DNA from: an uncultured delta proteobacterium | Lineage (GTDB): Bacteria; Myxococcota; Myxococcia; SLRQ01 | NCBI GenBank assembly: GCA_963727485.1 | Contig: CAVSGM010000002.1 | Location: forward strand, 736,001-800,000 | Length of the DNA: 64,000 bases | Reading direction: 5' to 3' | In this document: positions 11,600 to 23,658 of the stretch, piece after piece | How positions within the stretch are numbered: the first letter of the stretch is position 1 | Layout: every line of letters starts with the position of its first letter | Notes under the pieces: model-generated | The model's input: only the letters and a program-made list of their open reading frames with translations | Databases searched by the model: none | What the model was told of the DNA's origin: nothing | Translations under genes and position numbers: made by a program

Positions 11600-13426
11600 T
11601 CAGCGCCCCGCCGTGCACTGCCCGGTGACGTGCTGGCGAGGGTGCTTCGCGGCGATCTCGGCCGCGTGGATGAGCGCCTGGCCCCGGCGCGAGAAGGCCT
11701 GGGCGACCTGGTCGCGCAGGTACGGCCTCGACCACATGATCTTCACCTGGGACCGGCTCATCCCCAGGGTGTCGAAGCCGCTCCCGCCGCCGGCGAGGTA
11801 CTCGTTGGTGACGATCCGGTAGACCCGCTTCGGGCGCAGGGGCCGGCCGTGCACCCGGATGTCGGTGACCTTGCAGCCGTCGGCGTGGAAGGTCAGGCCC
11901 GACCACGAGAGGCCCCCGTGGCCCCCGGCGACGCCGAGGACGACCATCTTCCGCAGGACGGTCCCGGGGAGGGTGAGGATGGCCATGTGGTTGTCGAAGG
12001 GCAGCGCCTTGTAGACCGAGCCGTAGACCAGCTTGCCCTGGGGGAGCGGGGCCCGGAGGCCGCCGCCGTTGGTCATGCCGATGTCCGCGCCCTTCACCGC
12101 CCGGCGGAAGACGTCGGCGACGAGATCGCCGAGCGGCGACTCGCCCCGGTAGCCCGGCTCGATGGAGGTGGGCAGGGTCACGCCGATGGGGCGCTCCTTG
12201 AGCTTCTTCACCGAGGCGAAGGCCGGAGCCAGGAGCTTCTCCACCGCCGCCACCGGATGCACCGGGGCCCCCTCGAAGGTGGCCACCTGGGGAGCGGCGT
12301 GGCTCTTCTTGACCGCCTTCACCTGGCAGGTGGGGCCGTGGGCACCGGGGATGGTCTCGCCGCAGAGGTGGACCAGGTCGACCCCGGTGGGGCCCGGGGC
12401 GGTCAGGGGCACCCGGGCGAGGCCCATCCACTGGCCATAGGCCGCCGCCTCGACGACGCCCATGTCGCCCACGCGCTTGTTCACCAGCATGTGGGTGTGG
12501 CCGCCGACCACCAGGTTGACCAGGCCCTTGGGGAGGGCGTGGACCAGGGTCATCAGGTCGCCGGGATCGCACTTGGAGAGGTCGGTGACCGGCTGGCTGC
12601 CCGGGCACCACGAGCCGCCGTGGAGGAGCACGATGACCGCCTGGGCGCCCTGCGCCCGCAGGGCCTTCGCCTGGGCGAGGACGCAGGCCTCGGGGGCGTC
12701 GAAGGTGAGCCCCACCAGGTTCTTCTTGTTGGTGGTGCTCGGGGTCTCGGGGGTCGAGGCGCCCACCAGGCCCACCTTCACCCCGCCCACGGTGACCATG
12801 GTCGAGGGCTTCACCCAGGCCGGGGACTTCCCGTCGGCGGTGTGGACGTTGCACGAGAGGATGGGGAAGTGGGCCTGGGCCGCCCGGGCCTTGATGGCGC
12901 CCCGGGGATCCTCGCCCGGGTGGCGGACGATGGCGTCCTTGCCCACCGGGCCGTAGTCGAACTCGTGGTTCCCCAGGGCCGCGGCGGAGACGCCGAGCCA
13001 GTTGTAGAAGTCGATGACCGGCGCGCCCTCGGCGAGGTTGGAGACGAGCGTGCCCTGGAACATGTCCCCGGCGCTGACCACCAGCACCGGGCCCTTGGCG
13101 GTGGCCCGAACCCGGTCGACGTAGGCGGCCTCGAGAGCGGCGCCGCCGGTGTGGACCTCGGCGCCCGAGGCGGTGCGGGAGGTGCGGGGGGCGAGGTTCC
13201 CGTGGAGGTCGTTGAAGGTGAGGACGGTGAGGGTCGCGGGGGCCTTCGCCGGGGCCGCGGGTGTGGCCTTCGCGGGCGCGGCCGGGCCAGGCGTCGCCGG
13301 GGTGGCCTGGGCGGCGGCCTTGGGGGCGGGTGCGGCCTTGGGCGCCGGCGCGGCCGGGGCGTGGGCGCAGGCGGCGAGGCCGCAGAGAAGGACCAGGGCG
13401 ACGAGTCGGGGCAGGCGCAGGTTCAT
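11600..13426 (-). CDS. Lipoprotein 5'-nucleotidase / bifunctional metallophosphatase (UshA-like)
   Basis: Lipobox LAAC; NDLHG, GDMFQG, LGNHEFD, GGHTH metallophosphatase motifs; C-terminal NGGGLR..ALPFDN domain. Confidence 0.88.
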   Translation of the reverse strand: MNLRLPRLVALVLLCGLAACAHAPAAPAPKAAPAPKAAAQATPATPGPAAPAKATPAAPAKAPATLTVLTFNDLHGNLAPRTSRTASGAEVHTGGAALEAAYVDRVRATAKGPVLVVSAGDMFQGTLVSNLAEGAPVIDFYNWLGVSAAALGNHEFDYGPVGKDAIVRHPGEDPRGAIKARAAQAHFPILSCNVHTADGKSPAWVKPSTMVTVGGVKVGLVGASTPETPSTTNKKNLVGLTFDAPEACVLAQAKALRAQGAQAVIVLLHGGSWCPGSQPVTDLSKCDPGDLMTLVHALPKGLVNLVVGGHTHMLVNKRVGDMGVVEAAAYGQWMGLARVPLTAPGPTGVDLVHLCGETIPGAHGPTCQVKAVKKSHAAPQVATFEGAPVHPVAAVEKLLAPAFASVKKLKERPIGVTLPTSIEPGYRGESPLGDLVADVFRRAVKGADIGMTNGGGLRAPLPQGKLVYGSVYKALPFDNHMAILTLPGTVLRKMVVLGVAGGHGGLSWSGLTFHADGCKVTDIRVHGRPLRPKRVYRIVTNEYLAGGGSGFDTLGMSRSQVKIMWSRPYLRDQVAQAFSRRGQALIHAAEIAAKHPRQHVTGQCTAGR

Positions 13427-13464
13427 GTCGGGCGGCATCCTACCAGAGGCCCGCCGCCGGGCGC

Positions 13465-14505
13465 CTAGAGGATCAGCATGGCGTCGCCGTAGCTGTAGAA
13501 CCGGTACCCGCGCGCCACCGCCTCCCGGTAGGCGGCCAGCACCCGCTCGGTGCCCCCGAGGGCGCAGACCAGCATCAGGAGCGTCGACCGCGGGAGGTGG
13601 AAGTTGGTGACCAGCCCGTCCACGGTGCGGAAGGCGTAGCCCGGCTTCACGAAGAGGTCGGTGCGCCCCGGCCCGGGCTTCAGGCCCCCGGCGCCGTCGG
13701 CGGCGGCCTCGAGGGTGCGCAGGCTGGTGGTCCCCACGGCGACCACCCGGCCGCCCCGGGCCCGGGTCCGCGCCACCGCTTCGGCGGCGGCCTCGGAGAC
13801 CTCGAAGCGCTCCTGGTGCATCACGTGGTCGTCGACGTCGTCGACGCGCACCGGCAGGAAGGTCCCGGGCCCCACGTGGAGGGTGATCCGCGCCGTCTCC
13901 ACGCCCCGGGCGGCCAGGGCCTCGAGGACCCGGGGGGTGAAGTGGAGCCCCGCGGTCGGCGCCGCCACCGCCCCCGGGCGGTCGGCGAAGATGGTCTGGT
14001 AGCGCTCCCGATCGTCCACCGGCGCCGGCCCGGTGTCCCGGTGGATGTAGGGCGGGAGCGGCATCTGTCCGGCCCCGGCCTCGAGAAGCGGGAGCAGGTC
14101 CTCGGCGGGGGCCTCGAAGCGCACCCGCCGCACCCCGTCCCCCTCGTCGGCGACGATCTCCGCCGCCAGGCCCGTAAGCTCCAGGGCGGTGCCGGGGTGG
14201 AGCCCCTTGCTCGCCCGGCCCATGGCGAGCCAGGTGTGGCGGTCGAGCTGCTCCATGAGCAGGAGCTCCACCCGGCCCCCGGTGTCGCGCTTGTGGCCCC
14301 GGAGGCGCGCCGGGATCACCCGGGCGTCGTTGACCACCAAGAGGTCGCCCTCGGCGAGGCGCTCGGGGAGCGAGCGGAAGGCGCCGTGCTCGGGGGCCCC
14401 GCCGGCGCGCGGGAGCACCAGGAGCCGGGAGGCGTCCCTCTCGGGGAGCGGCGCCTGGGCAATCTGCCCCTCGGGGAGCTCGAAGTCGAAGTCGTCGACG
14501 CGCAT
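13465..14505 (-). CDS. queA: S-adenosylmethionine:tRNA ribosyltransferase-isomerase
   Basis: DFDFELP..IAQ, PLPPYI, AAPTAGLHFT, TNFHLP, YRFYSYGDAM. Confidence 0.97.
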   Translation of the reverse strand: MRVDDFDFELPEGQIAQAPLPERDASRLLVLPRAGGAPEHGAFRSLPERLAEGDLLVVNDARVIPARLRGHKRDTGGRVELLLMEQLDRHTWLAMGRASKGLHPGTALELTGLAAEIVADEGDGVRRVRFEAPAEDLLPLLEAGAGQMPLPPYIHRDTGPAPVDDRERYQTIFADRPGAVAAPTAGLHFTPRVLEALAARGVETARITLHVGPGTFLPVRVDDVDDHVMHQERFEVSEAAAEAVARTRARGGRVVAVGTTSLRTLEAAADGAGGLKPGPGRTDLFVKPGYAFRTVDGLVTNFHLPRSTLLMLVCALGGTERVLAAYREAVARGYRFYSYGDAMLIL

Positions 14506-14548
14506 GGGGCGGGCAGGATAGCCCCAAACCCGGGCCCGTCGGGACCCG

Positions 14549-14989
14549 TCAGTCGGACATCAGCTTCTCGACCGTGTCCTCGGAGCGCATCAGCCCCACC
14601 TTCCCCACAATCTCCTTCACCTTGGGGTAGTCGGCGAGGATCTCCATCACCGGGGCCCGGTCGAAGGCGAGGAGCCGGAGGCCCGTGCTGGCGGTGACCG
14701 TCGCCGACCGGGGCTGGGCCAGCACCGCCGAGATCTCCCCGAAGAACTGACCGGGTCCGAGGACCGCGACCTCCTTGTCGCCCACCACGTCCTCGACCCG
14801 CACGTGGACCTCGCCCTCGAGGATCACCCAGAACACGTCCCCCGCCTCGCCCTCGCGGCAGATCTCGGTGCCCGCCGGCTGCTGCTCCTCCCGGGCGATG
14901 GCCATCATCCGGGCGCGGCCGGCCTCGTCGAGGAAGCCGAAGAGCTTGGACGACTTGGCGAACTCGTCGCTGGTCATGTGCAGGGCCAT
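14549..14989 (-). CDS. Stand-alone cyclic nucleotide-binding domain protein
   Basis: REGEAGD..ILEGEV..FFGEIS..PRSATV cNMP signature; no HTH; GGAGG RBS. Confidence 0.85.
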   Translation of the reverse strand: MALHMTSDEFAKSSKLFGFLDEAGRARMMAIAREEQQPAGTEICREGEAGDVFWVILEGEVHVRVEDVVGDKEVAVLGPGQFFGEISAVLAQPRSATVTASTGLRLLAFDRAPVMEILADYPKVKEIVGKVGLMRSEDTVEKLMSD

Positions 14990-15011
14990 GGGGGCCTCCT
15001 TCGGTGCGAGG

Positions 15012-16844
15012 TCAGAGCGGCAGGGCCACCCGGAAGGTGGTGCCCTGCCCCGGGGCGGAGGTGTAGCCGATGGTCCCGCCGTGCTCCTCGACGATCTTCT
15101 TCACGATGGCGAGGCCGAGGCCGGTCCCGTCGGCCTTGCCGTGGGTGGCGAAGGACTCGAAGAGCCGTCCCTCCATCTCCGGGGGGATGCCCGGACCGGT
15201 GTCGGCGAAGGTCATCACCAGCTCGTCCCCCTCCCGGTCCACGGTCCAGGTGAAGGTGCCCCCGGGCTCCATCGCCTGCCGGGCGTTCCGGGCGATGTTG
15301 GTGATCACCCGCTTGAGCTTGTTCTCGTCGAAGCGCGCGGTGCCCCGGTAGCGGTCGTCGACCTCCAGGGTGACCTTCCCGGTCGCCAGCTCCTCGCCGA
15401 TCACCTCGCGCATCTCCGCCACGAACTTGTGGAGGTAGACCTTGCGCACCAGGATGCTGGCCTCGCCCTTGGCGAAGGCCATGATCTCCCGGGCCATGGC
15501 GTTGATGTGGTCGAACTGCTTGAGGATGGCCTCGACGTGGACCTCGCGCTCCTTGCTCTCGTCCTCCAGGGCCATGAGCTGGGCGTGGCCGCTGATGACG
15601 GTCATGGGCGTCTTGAGGTCGTGGAGGATGCCGCTGACCATCTGCCCCAGCAACGAGAGCCGCTCGGCGCGCTCCCCGGCCTCCCGGGCCTGGCTGATGC
15701 CGATGGCCCGGCTCGCCTGGCCGGCGACCAGGGTGATGGTCTTGAGATCCTCGTCGGTGAAGGGCGCCCCCCCCTCCTTGTTGAGGATCTCCAGGGCGCC
15801 GATGACCTTCCCCCGGGCCCGGAGCGGCGCCGCCACCAGGTTCCGGGTGCGGAAGTGGAGGGTCTCGTCCACCGTGTGGTCGTGGTAGGGGTCGGAGGCG
15901 ACGTCGTTGGCCACCCGGGGGGTACCGGTGCGAGCGACGATGCCGGCGATGCCCCGGCTCGGGGGGAGGCGCAGGCGCCGGAGCTCGTCGGGATCGGTCC
16001 CGGCGGTGGCGCGGAAGTAGAGGGAGCCGCCCTCGTCCTCCTCGAGGAGGATGGACCCGGCCTCGGCGTGGAGGAGCTCGCACGCCTTGGCGAGGAGGCC
16101 GTCGAGGATCTGCTCCAGGTGGGTGGCCGCGGAGATCTGCCGCTCCACGTCGTAGAGGAGGTCGAGCTCGGCCATCTTCTGGCGCAGGCTCTCCTGGGCC
16201 ACCAGCAGCTCGTTGTTCCGGGACAACAGGTCCCGGTAGAGCTTGCTGTTCTCCAGGGCGATGGCGGCCTCGGCGACGATGGCGGAGAGGAGCCGGACGT
16301 CGTCGTCGTCGAAGGGCTCGCCGCCGTGCTTGTTCAGGCACTGGGCCACGCCCAGGACCTGGTGCCGCTGGTCGAACATCGGGAGGGTGAGCACCGAGCC
16401 GGTGCGGTAGCCGCTCTTCTGGTCGACCTCGGGGTTGAAGCGCTCGTCGGCGTAGGCGTCGGGGATGTTCACCCCCTCGCCGGCCTCGGCGACCCAGCCG
16501 GCGATCCCCTTGCCGATGGGCAGGCGCACCTCGGTGACCTCGGCGCCCTGGATCACCTTGGACCACAGCTCGCGCCCGTCGTCGGAGACCAGGAAGAGGG
16601 TCGAGCGATCGGCGCCCATGAGCAGGGTGACCTTCTCCATGATCACCTGGAGCACGGTGTCGAGGTCGATGGTGCGGCCGAGGGCCCGGCCGATCTCCAT
16701 CACCGAGGCGAAGCGCTGCTCCTGCCAGGCGACGTGCTGCTCCAGGGCCGCGACCCGCGACCCCTTGCGCCCGCTGGCGGCTCGTGCCCGAGCCTTCCCC
16801 GGCCTGGCCCCCGCTGGTGATGACGCCGACATCCGCCCGGACAT
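15012..16844 (-). CDS. Cytoplasmic GAF-GAF sensor histidine kinase
   Basis: Two GAF domains with NK..F..D motifs; H-box ILHDLKTP; NIARNA, DTGPGI, GTGLGL. Confidence 0.9.
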   Translation of the reverse strand: MSGRMSASSPAGARPGKARARAASGRKGSRVAALEQHVAWQEQRFASVMEIGRALGRTIDLDTVLQVIMEKVTLLMGADRSTLFLVSDDGRELWSKVIQGAEVTEVRLPIGKGIAGWVAEAGEGVNIPDAYADERFNPEVDQKSGYRTGSVLTLPMFDQRHQVLGVAQCLNKHGGEPFDDDDVRLLSAIVAEAAIALENSKLYRDLLSRNNELLVAQESLRQKMAELDLLYDVERQISAATHLEQILDGLLAKACELLHAEAGSILLEEDEGGSLYFRATAGTDPDELRRLRLPPSRGIAGIVARTGTPRVANDVASDPYHDHTVDETLHFRTRNLVAAPLRARGKVIGALEILNKEGGAPFTDEDLKTITLVAGQASRAIGISQAREAGERAERLSLLGQMVSGILHDLKTPMTVISGHAQLMALEDESKEREVHVEAILKQFDHINAMAREIMAFAKGEASILVRKVYLHKFVAEMREVIGEELATGKVTLEVDDRYRGTARFDENKLKRVITNIARNARQAMEPGGTFTWTVDREGDELVMTFADTGPGIPPEMEGRLFESFATHGKADGTGLGLAIVKKIVEEHGGTIGYTSAPGQGTTFRVALPL

Positions 16845-16889
16845 CCTATCAGGAGGCCGGGCCCGGGCGCGATGCCCCGACGCCGCCGA

Positions 16890-19573
<2,684 letters not shown>

Positions 19574-19585
19574 CGGGGCCCCGCG

Positions 19586-21721
19586 CTACTGACAGCCGCG
19601 CTGCTTCGCCTGGGCCTGGGCCTGCCGGTGGGTCGGGCTCGGCGGGTCGGCGACGGTGATGGCCAGGACCTTGGCGACGTCGCTGCAGCTGCTGGCGTTG
19701 TCGAGGAGGTAGGCCCCCTGGTCCTCGAGGCGCTGGAAGCCCGCCTTCACCCGGGGGTCGTCCTTGTCGACCTTCGCCGCCTTCTGGAAGAGGCCGAAGG
19801 CGTCCTGGTAGCGCTCGCTGGCGATGCGCTGCTTGCCCTGATCGGTGTAGGCCCCCACCAGGGACGAGAGCACCGACTTCCGGTAGAACGATCGCAGCCG
19901 CTGGTCCGGGATGATCTTGCGATCGGCGGCGAGCACCAGCTCCCAGGCGGACCGGGCGCTCTTGACGTCGTTCTTGTACATGTACGCTTGGCCCTCGGTG
20001 AACTTCCCCTGGGCGATCTTCATCTGGGCGTAGAGGTCGTCGGCGGTGGACTGCACCGCGCCGAGCTTGAAGTCCTTGCGCAGCTTGTTCAGGCGCTTGA
20101 GGGACTTCTCCACGTCGCCGTTGTAGTACTGCTTGATGGCCGTGCGCAGGCGCTTGTCGTCGTAGATGCCCCCGAGCACCGCGCCGGGGTCGACCTCGTG
20201 GACCACCACATCGGCGCAGGCCGACCACGGCGCCAGCTCCGGCGGACAGTGCCACCGCTTGCTCGCCGGGACGTGCATCCGCTCCTCGGCGACGTGGAGG
20301 AGCTTGGGCATCCGGGGGTCGGTGTTGCCCGGGCACTGGCAGGCGAAGTCCATGTACTGACCGCAGGCCTTGAGCGCGTCCTTCCAGCGCCCGGCCCGGG
20401 CGTCGCCCTTGCAGTCCGACACGTCGCGCTTGGAGAGGATGTCCATCAGGTTGCGGACCTTGAACTTGGCCCGCCGGTAGTAGGACGACCGCTTGTCGAT
20501 CTTCAGGTAGAGCTTGAACGCCGGGTCGTCGTCACCGAGCTCCGACTTGCGCTCGGCGTCGGAGTAGACCTGCTGCATCTTCTCCTCGAGCTCGACCTGC
20601 CGGAGGAGCTTGCGGGCCTCGGTGTTGATGGGGTCGGCGTCGATGACCTTCTGGAGGGCGGTCTGGGCGTCCTTCCAGCGCTCGGCGTCCATGTAGGCCC
20701 GCGCCCGGCGCAGGAACTCGTAGGTCTTGGCGGTGAGGTCCTCGGTGGCCTTGTCGTCGCTGGAGGCCGGGGTGTCGTTGGCCGGCGCCGGCGGCGGGCC
20801 CTTGCCCCTGAGGGCGAAGCCGATCCCGAAGAGGATGACCAGGGCCCCCACCCCGCCGAGGAGGAGCTTCTTGCGCTTGTCGAGGCCGCCCGCACCGCCG
20901 CGGGCACCCCGCACCGGCCGGCCGCCCCGGCCCGCGCCCGCGCGCCCGAGGCTCGGCAGGGGACCGACGTCCAGGGACGGGTCCACGGGCATCAGCGCCT
21001 CGCCCCCGAGCCCGGCCCCGGCCGCGAAGCGGAACTCCACGTTCCCGAAGCGGACGATGTCGCCGTCCTGGAGCTCCAGGTCGTCGGCGGGGGCCTCGTT
21101 GACGAAGCTGCCGTTGGACGAGCCCAGGTCGCGGACCAGGAGCAGCCCCCCGTCGAGGACGATGAGGGCGTGGCTTCTGGACACCGAGGGGTCGTCGATG
21201 ACGAGGTCGTTGCCGGCGACCCGGCCCACGGTGGCCCGGTCCCCGAGCTCGAAGTACTGGCCGATGGCGGCGCCGGAGAGCCCCTCGAGGGTGCCGAGCG
21301 GCCCCTGGTCGTGGAGCCCCGGCCCGGTGTGGGTGTTGGTGTGCTCGTCGTCGTCCGGGGCGGCGGGCAGGGGCCCGGCGTAGGTCGCCTCGTCTGCGCC
21401 CCGCACGTCCACCGGCGGCGGCGCCTCGGCCCCCTCGGGCTCCTCCACGAAGATCGCGAAGGGCCCGAGCGTCGCCTCGCGGCCGGCCTCGAGGACCACC
21501 GCCCCCACCACCGGCTGCCCGTCGAGGAGGGTGCCGTTGCTCGACCCCAGATCCTCGATGTAGCAGAGCCCGTCCTCGAGGAAGAGTCGGGCGTGGCGAC
21601 GGGAGACGTTGGGATCGGGGAGCTGCACCCCGGCGGAGTCGTCCCGCCCGAGGATCACCTCGCCCACCAGGTCGTACTCGGTCTCGTTCCCCGACGGGTC
21701 TCGGACCACCAGGACGTACAC
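19586..21721 (-). CDS. 2xFHA domain, single TM, periplasmic TPR-like protein (KilD-like position)
   Basis: Two GR..SR.HA..DLGSSNG FHA motifs; TM KRKKLLLGGVGALVILFGIGFAL; helical repeats with paired Cys. Confidence 0.8.
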   Translation of the reverse strand: MYVLVVRDPSGNETEYDLVGEVILGRDDSAGVQLPDPNVSRRHARLFLEDGLCYIEDLGSSNGTLLDGQPVVGAVVLEAGREATLGPFAIFVEEPEGAEAPPPVDVRGADEATYAGPLPAAPDDDEHTNTHTGPGLHDQGPLGTLEGLSGAAIGQYFELGDRATVGRVAGNDLVIDDPSVSRSHALIVLDGGLLLVRDLGSSNGSFVNEAPADDLELQDGDIVRFGNVEFRFAAGAGLGGEALMPVDPSLDVGPLPSLGRAGAGRGGRPVRGARGGAGGLDKRKKLLLGGVGALVILFGIGFALRGKGPPPAPANDTPASSDDKATEDLTAKTYEFLRRARAYMDAERWKDAQTALQKVIDADPINTEARKLLRQVELEEKMQQVYSDAERKSELGDDDPAFKLYLKIDKRSSYYRRAKFKVRNLMDILSKRDVSDCKGDARAGRWKDALKACGQYMDFACQCPGNTDPRMPKLLHVAEERMHVPASKRWHCPPELAPWSACADVVVHEVDPGAVLGGIYDDKRLRTAIKQYYNGDVEKSLKRLNKLRKDFKLGAVQSTADDLYAQMKIAQGKFTEGQAYMYKNDVKSARSAWELVLAADRKIIPDQRLRSFYRKSVLSSLVGAYTDQGKQRIASERYQDAFGLFQKAAKVDKDDPRVKAGFQRLEDQGAYLLDNASSCSDVAKVLAITVADPPSPTHRQAQAQAKQRGCQ

Positions 21722-21727
21722 GACGGG

Positions 21728-23494
21728 CTACTCCTCCCGGAAGATGTCCATGTTCACCGGGATGCCCCGGCGCTGCATGTCGTCGTAGAAGCGCGGGATG
21801 AAGCCGGTGGACACGTGGCGGCCCTGGACCCGCGCTTCCTCGTCGAAGCCTTCCTGCTTGAACACGAAGATGTCGGCGAGGGTGATGATGTCGACCTCCA
21901 TCCCCGCGACCTCGGAGATGTGGGTGATCTTGCGCGAGCCGTCGGAGAACCGCGTCTGCTGCACGATGATGTCCACGGCGCTGGCGATCTGCTCGCGGAT
22001 GGCGCGGATGGGCAGCTCCATGCCGCTCATCAGCACCATGGTCTCCAGCCGCGAGAGGGCGTCACGGGGGGAGTTGGCGTGGGCGGTGGTCAGCGACCCG
22101 TCGTGGCCGGTGTTCATGGCCTGGAGCATGTCCAGGGCCTCGCCGCCACGACACTCACCGACGACGATGCGGTCGGGGCGCATCCGCAGGGTGTTCTTCA
22201 CCAGGTCGCGGATGTGGATGGCGCCCTTGCCCTCGAGGTTGGCGGGCCGGGTCTCGAGCTGGACCCAGTGGTCCTTGTGGAGCTGGAGCTCGGCGGCGTC
22301 CTCGACGGTGATGATGCGCTCGCCGTCGGGGATGAAGTTGGAGAGGATGTTGAGGGTGGTGGTCTTCCCGGAGCCGGTGCCGCCGCTGATGATGATGTTC
22401 TTCCGGGCGAGGATGCACGCCTCGAGGAACTCGGTCATCTGGCTGGTGACGGTCTTGAAGCGCACCAGGTCCTCGGGACCGAGCGCCTCCTTCTTGAACT
22501 TCCGGATGGTGATGCACGGCCCCTTGAGGGCCAGCGGCGGGATGATGGCGTTCACCCGGCTGCCGTCCTTGAGGCGCGCGTCCACCAGGGGGCTCGACTC
22601 GTCGATACGGCGCCCGATGGGGGCGACGATGCGCTCGATGACGCCGAGGACCGCCTTGTTGCTGGAGAAGGTCTTCTCCGAGAGGGTCAGCTTGCCCTTC
22701 TTCTCCACGTAGATCTGGTTCGCATGGTTGACCATGATCTCGGAGATGTCGTCCTCGGCGAGGAACTGCTCGAGGGGCCCGAGACCCAGGGCCTCGTTGA
22801 GGACGTCGGTCTTCAGGCCCTCGATGGAGACGCCCTTGGGGATCTCCTTGTCGAGCTCCATCTGGGCGACGATGTCGTTGACGCCGCGCTCGGTGCGCGC
22901 CCAGAGCTGCTCGTCGCCGAGCTTGTCGATGTTGAGACGCCGGAGGTCCATGTACTCGATGAGGCGGTCGTGGACCTCCCGGAGGAGCCCGTTGTAGCGC
23001 TCGATCTCGGGGTCGACCCGGTGCAGCTTGGCCTTCCGCGCCGCGGCCGCCAGCGAGGCGGGCATGCGCTTGCTGTCCTCGTCCTCATCCGGCTCCGGGG
23101 GCGGGGCGGCCTTGGCGGGAGCGGCCGGGGCCCCGGCGCCGTCGGTGCCGGGCTCGCCGCCCCGGGACCGGCCCCGGGCGCGACGGGCGGGGACGGCGGC
23201 GCCGTCGGCGTCGACGTTGATCACGTAGTCGCCGATGTAGATCTTGTCGGTCCCCCGGACGACCTGGGGGGCGCTGATCTTCTTGCCGTTGACGAAGGTC
23301 CCGTTGGTCGACTTCAGGTCGAGGACGATGAACTTCCCGTCCTTGAGGACGATCTTGGTGTGCTGCTTGGAGATGTTGCTCTTCGGCAGCACCAGATCAT
23401 TGCCGGCCACCCGGCCGATGGTGATGGCGTCCTTCTGGAAGGCGCGGTGTTCCGTCTGCCCGCCCTTCTCGCGGATGACCAGGTTCAGACCCAT
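21728..23494 (-). CDS. cpaF: Tad pilus assembly ATPase CpaF/TadA with N-terminal FHA domain (KilF-like)
   Basis: FHA IGR..SKQH..DLKSTNGT; Walker A GGTGSGKTT; LRMRPDRIVVGECRG; MNTGHDGSLTTAHANS. Confidence 0.92.
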   Translation of the reverse strand: MGLNLVIREKGGQTEHRAFQKDAITIGRVAGNDLVLPKSNISKQHTKIVLKDGKFIVLDLKSTNGTFVNGKKISAPQVVRGTDKIYIGDYVINVDADGAAVPARRARGRSRGGEPGTDGAGAPAAPAKAAPPPEPDEDEDSKRMPASLAAAARKAKLHRVDPEIERYNGLLREVHDRLIEYMDLRRLNIDKLGDEQLWARTERGVNDIVAQMELDKEIPKGVSIEGLKTDVLNEALGLGPLEQFLAEDDISEIMVNHANQIYVEKKGKLTLSEKTFSSNKAVLGVIERIVAPIGRRIDESSPLVDARLKDGSRVNAIIPPLALKGPCITIRKFKKEALGPEDLVRFKTVTSQMTEFLEACILARKNIIISGGTGSGKTTTLNILSNFIPDGERIITVEDAAELQLHKDHWVQLETRPANLEGKGAIHIRDLVKNTLRMRPDRIVVGECRGGEALDMLQAMNTGHDGSLTTAHANSPRDALSRLETMVLMSGMELPIRAIREQIASAVDIIVQQTRFSDGSRKITHISEVAGMEVDIITLADIFVFKQEGFDEEARVQGRHVSTGFIPRFYDDMQRRGIPVNMDIFREE

Positions 23495-23602
23495 GCATGA
23501 CCTCCGGTTCGGGTGAGTCTACCCCAGGCGCCGAGGTCGCAGCCAGGGGTGGCATGGCCCCAAAGGCCAAGGATTCCGCGGGACAGCCCGGCTCGAGCCC
23601 CC

Positions 23603-23639
23603 AAAACGCGAAAGCGGCCCCCGACCTGCTGGGGACCGC
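23603..23639 (-). terminator. Putative intrinsic terminator after the secretin gene
   Basis: Minus strand GCGGTCCCC-8nt loop-GGGGGCCGC followed by TTTCGCGTTTT. Confidence 0.5.
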
Positions 23640-23658
23640 CCTCACCCGCCAGGGCACG

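Noticed and set aside
10461..14527. N-terminal extensions of tgt (to 12854) and of the nucleotidase (to 14527) in the ORF track
   Set aside because: They overlap real upstream genes in other frames and are low-complexity off-frame translations
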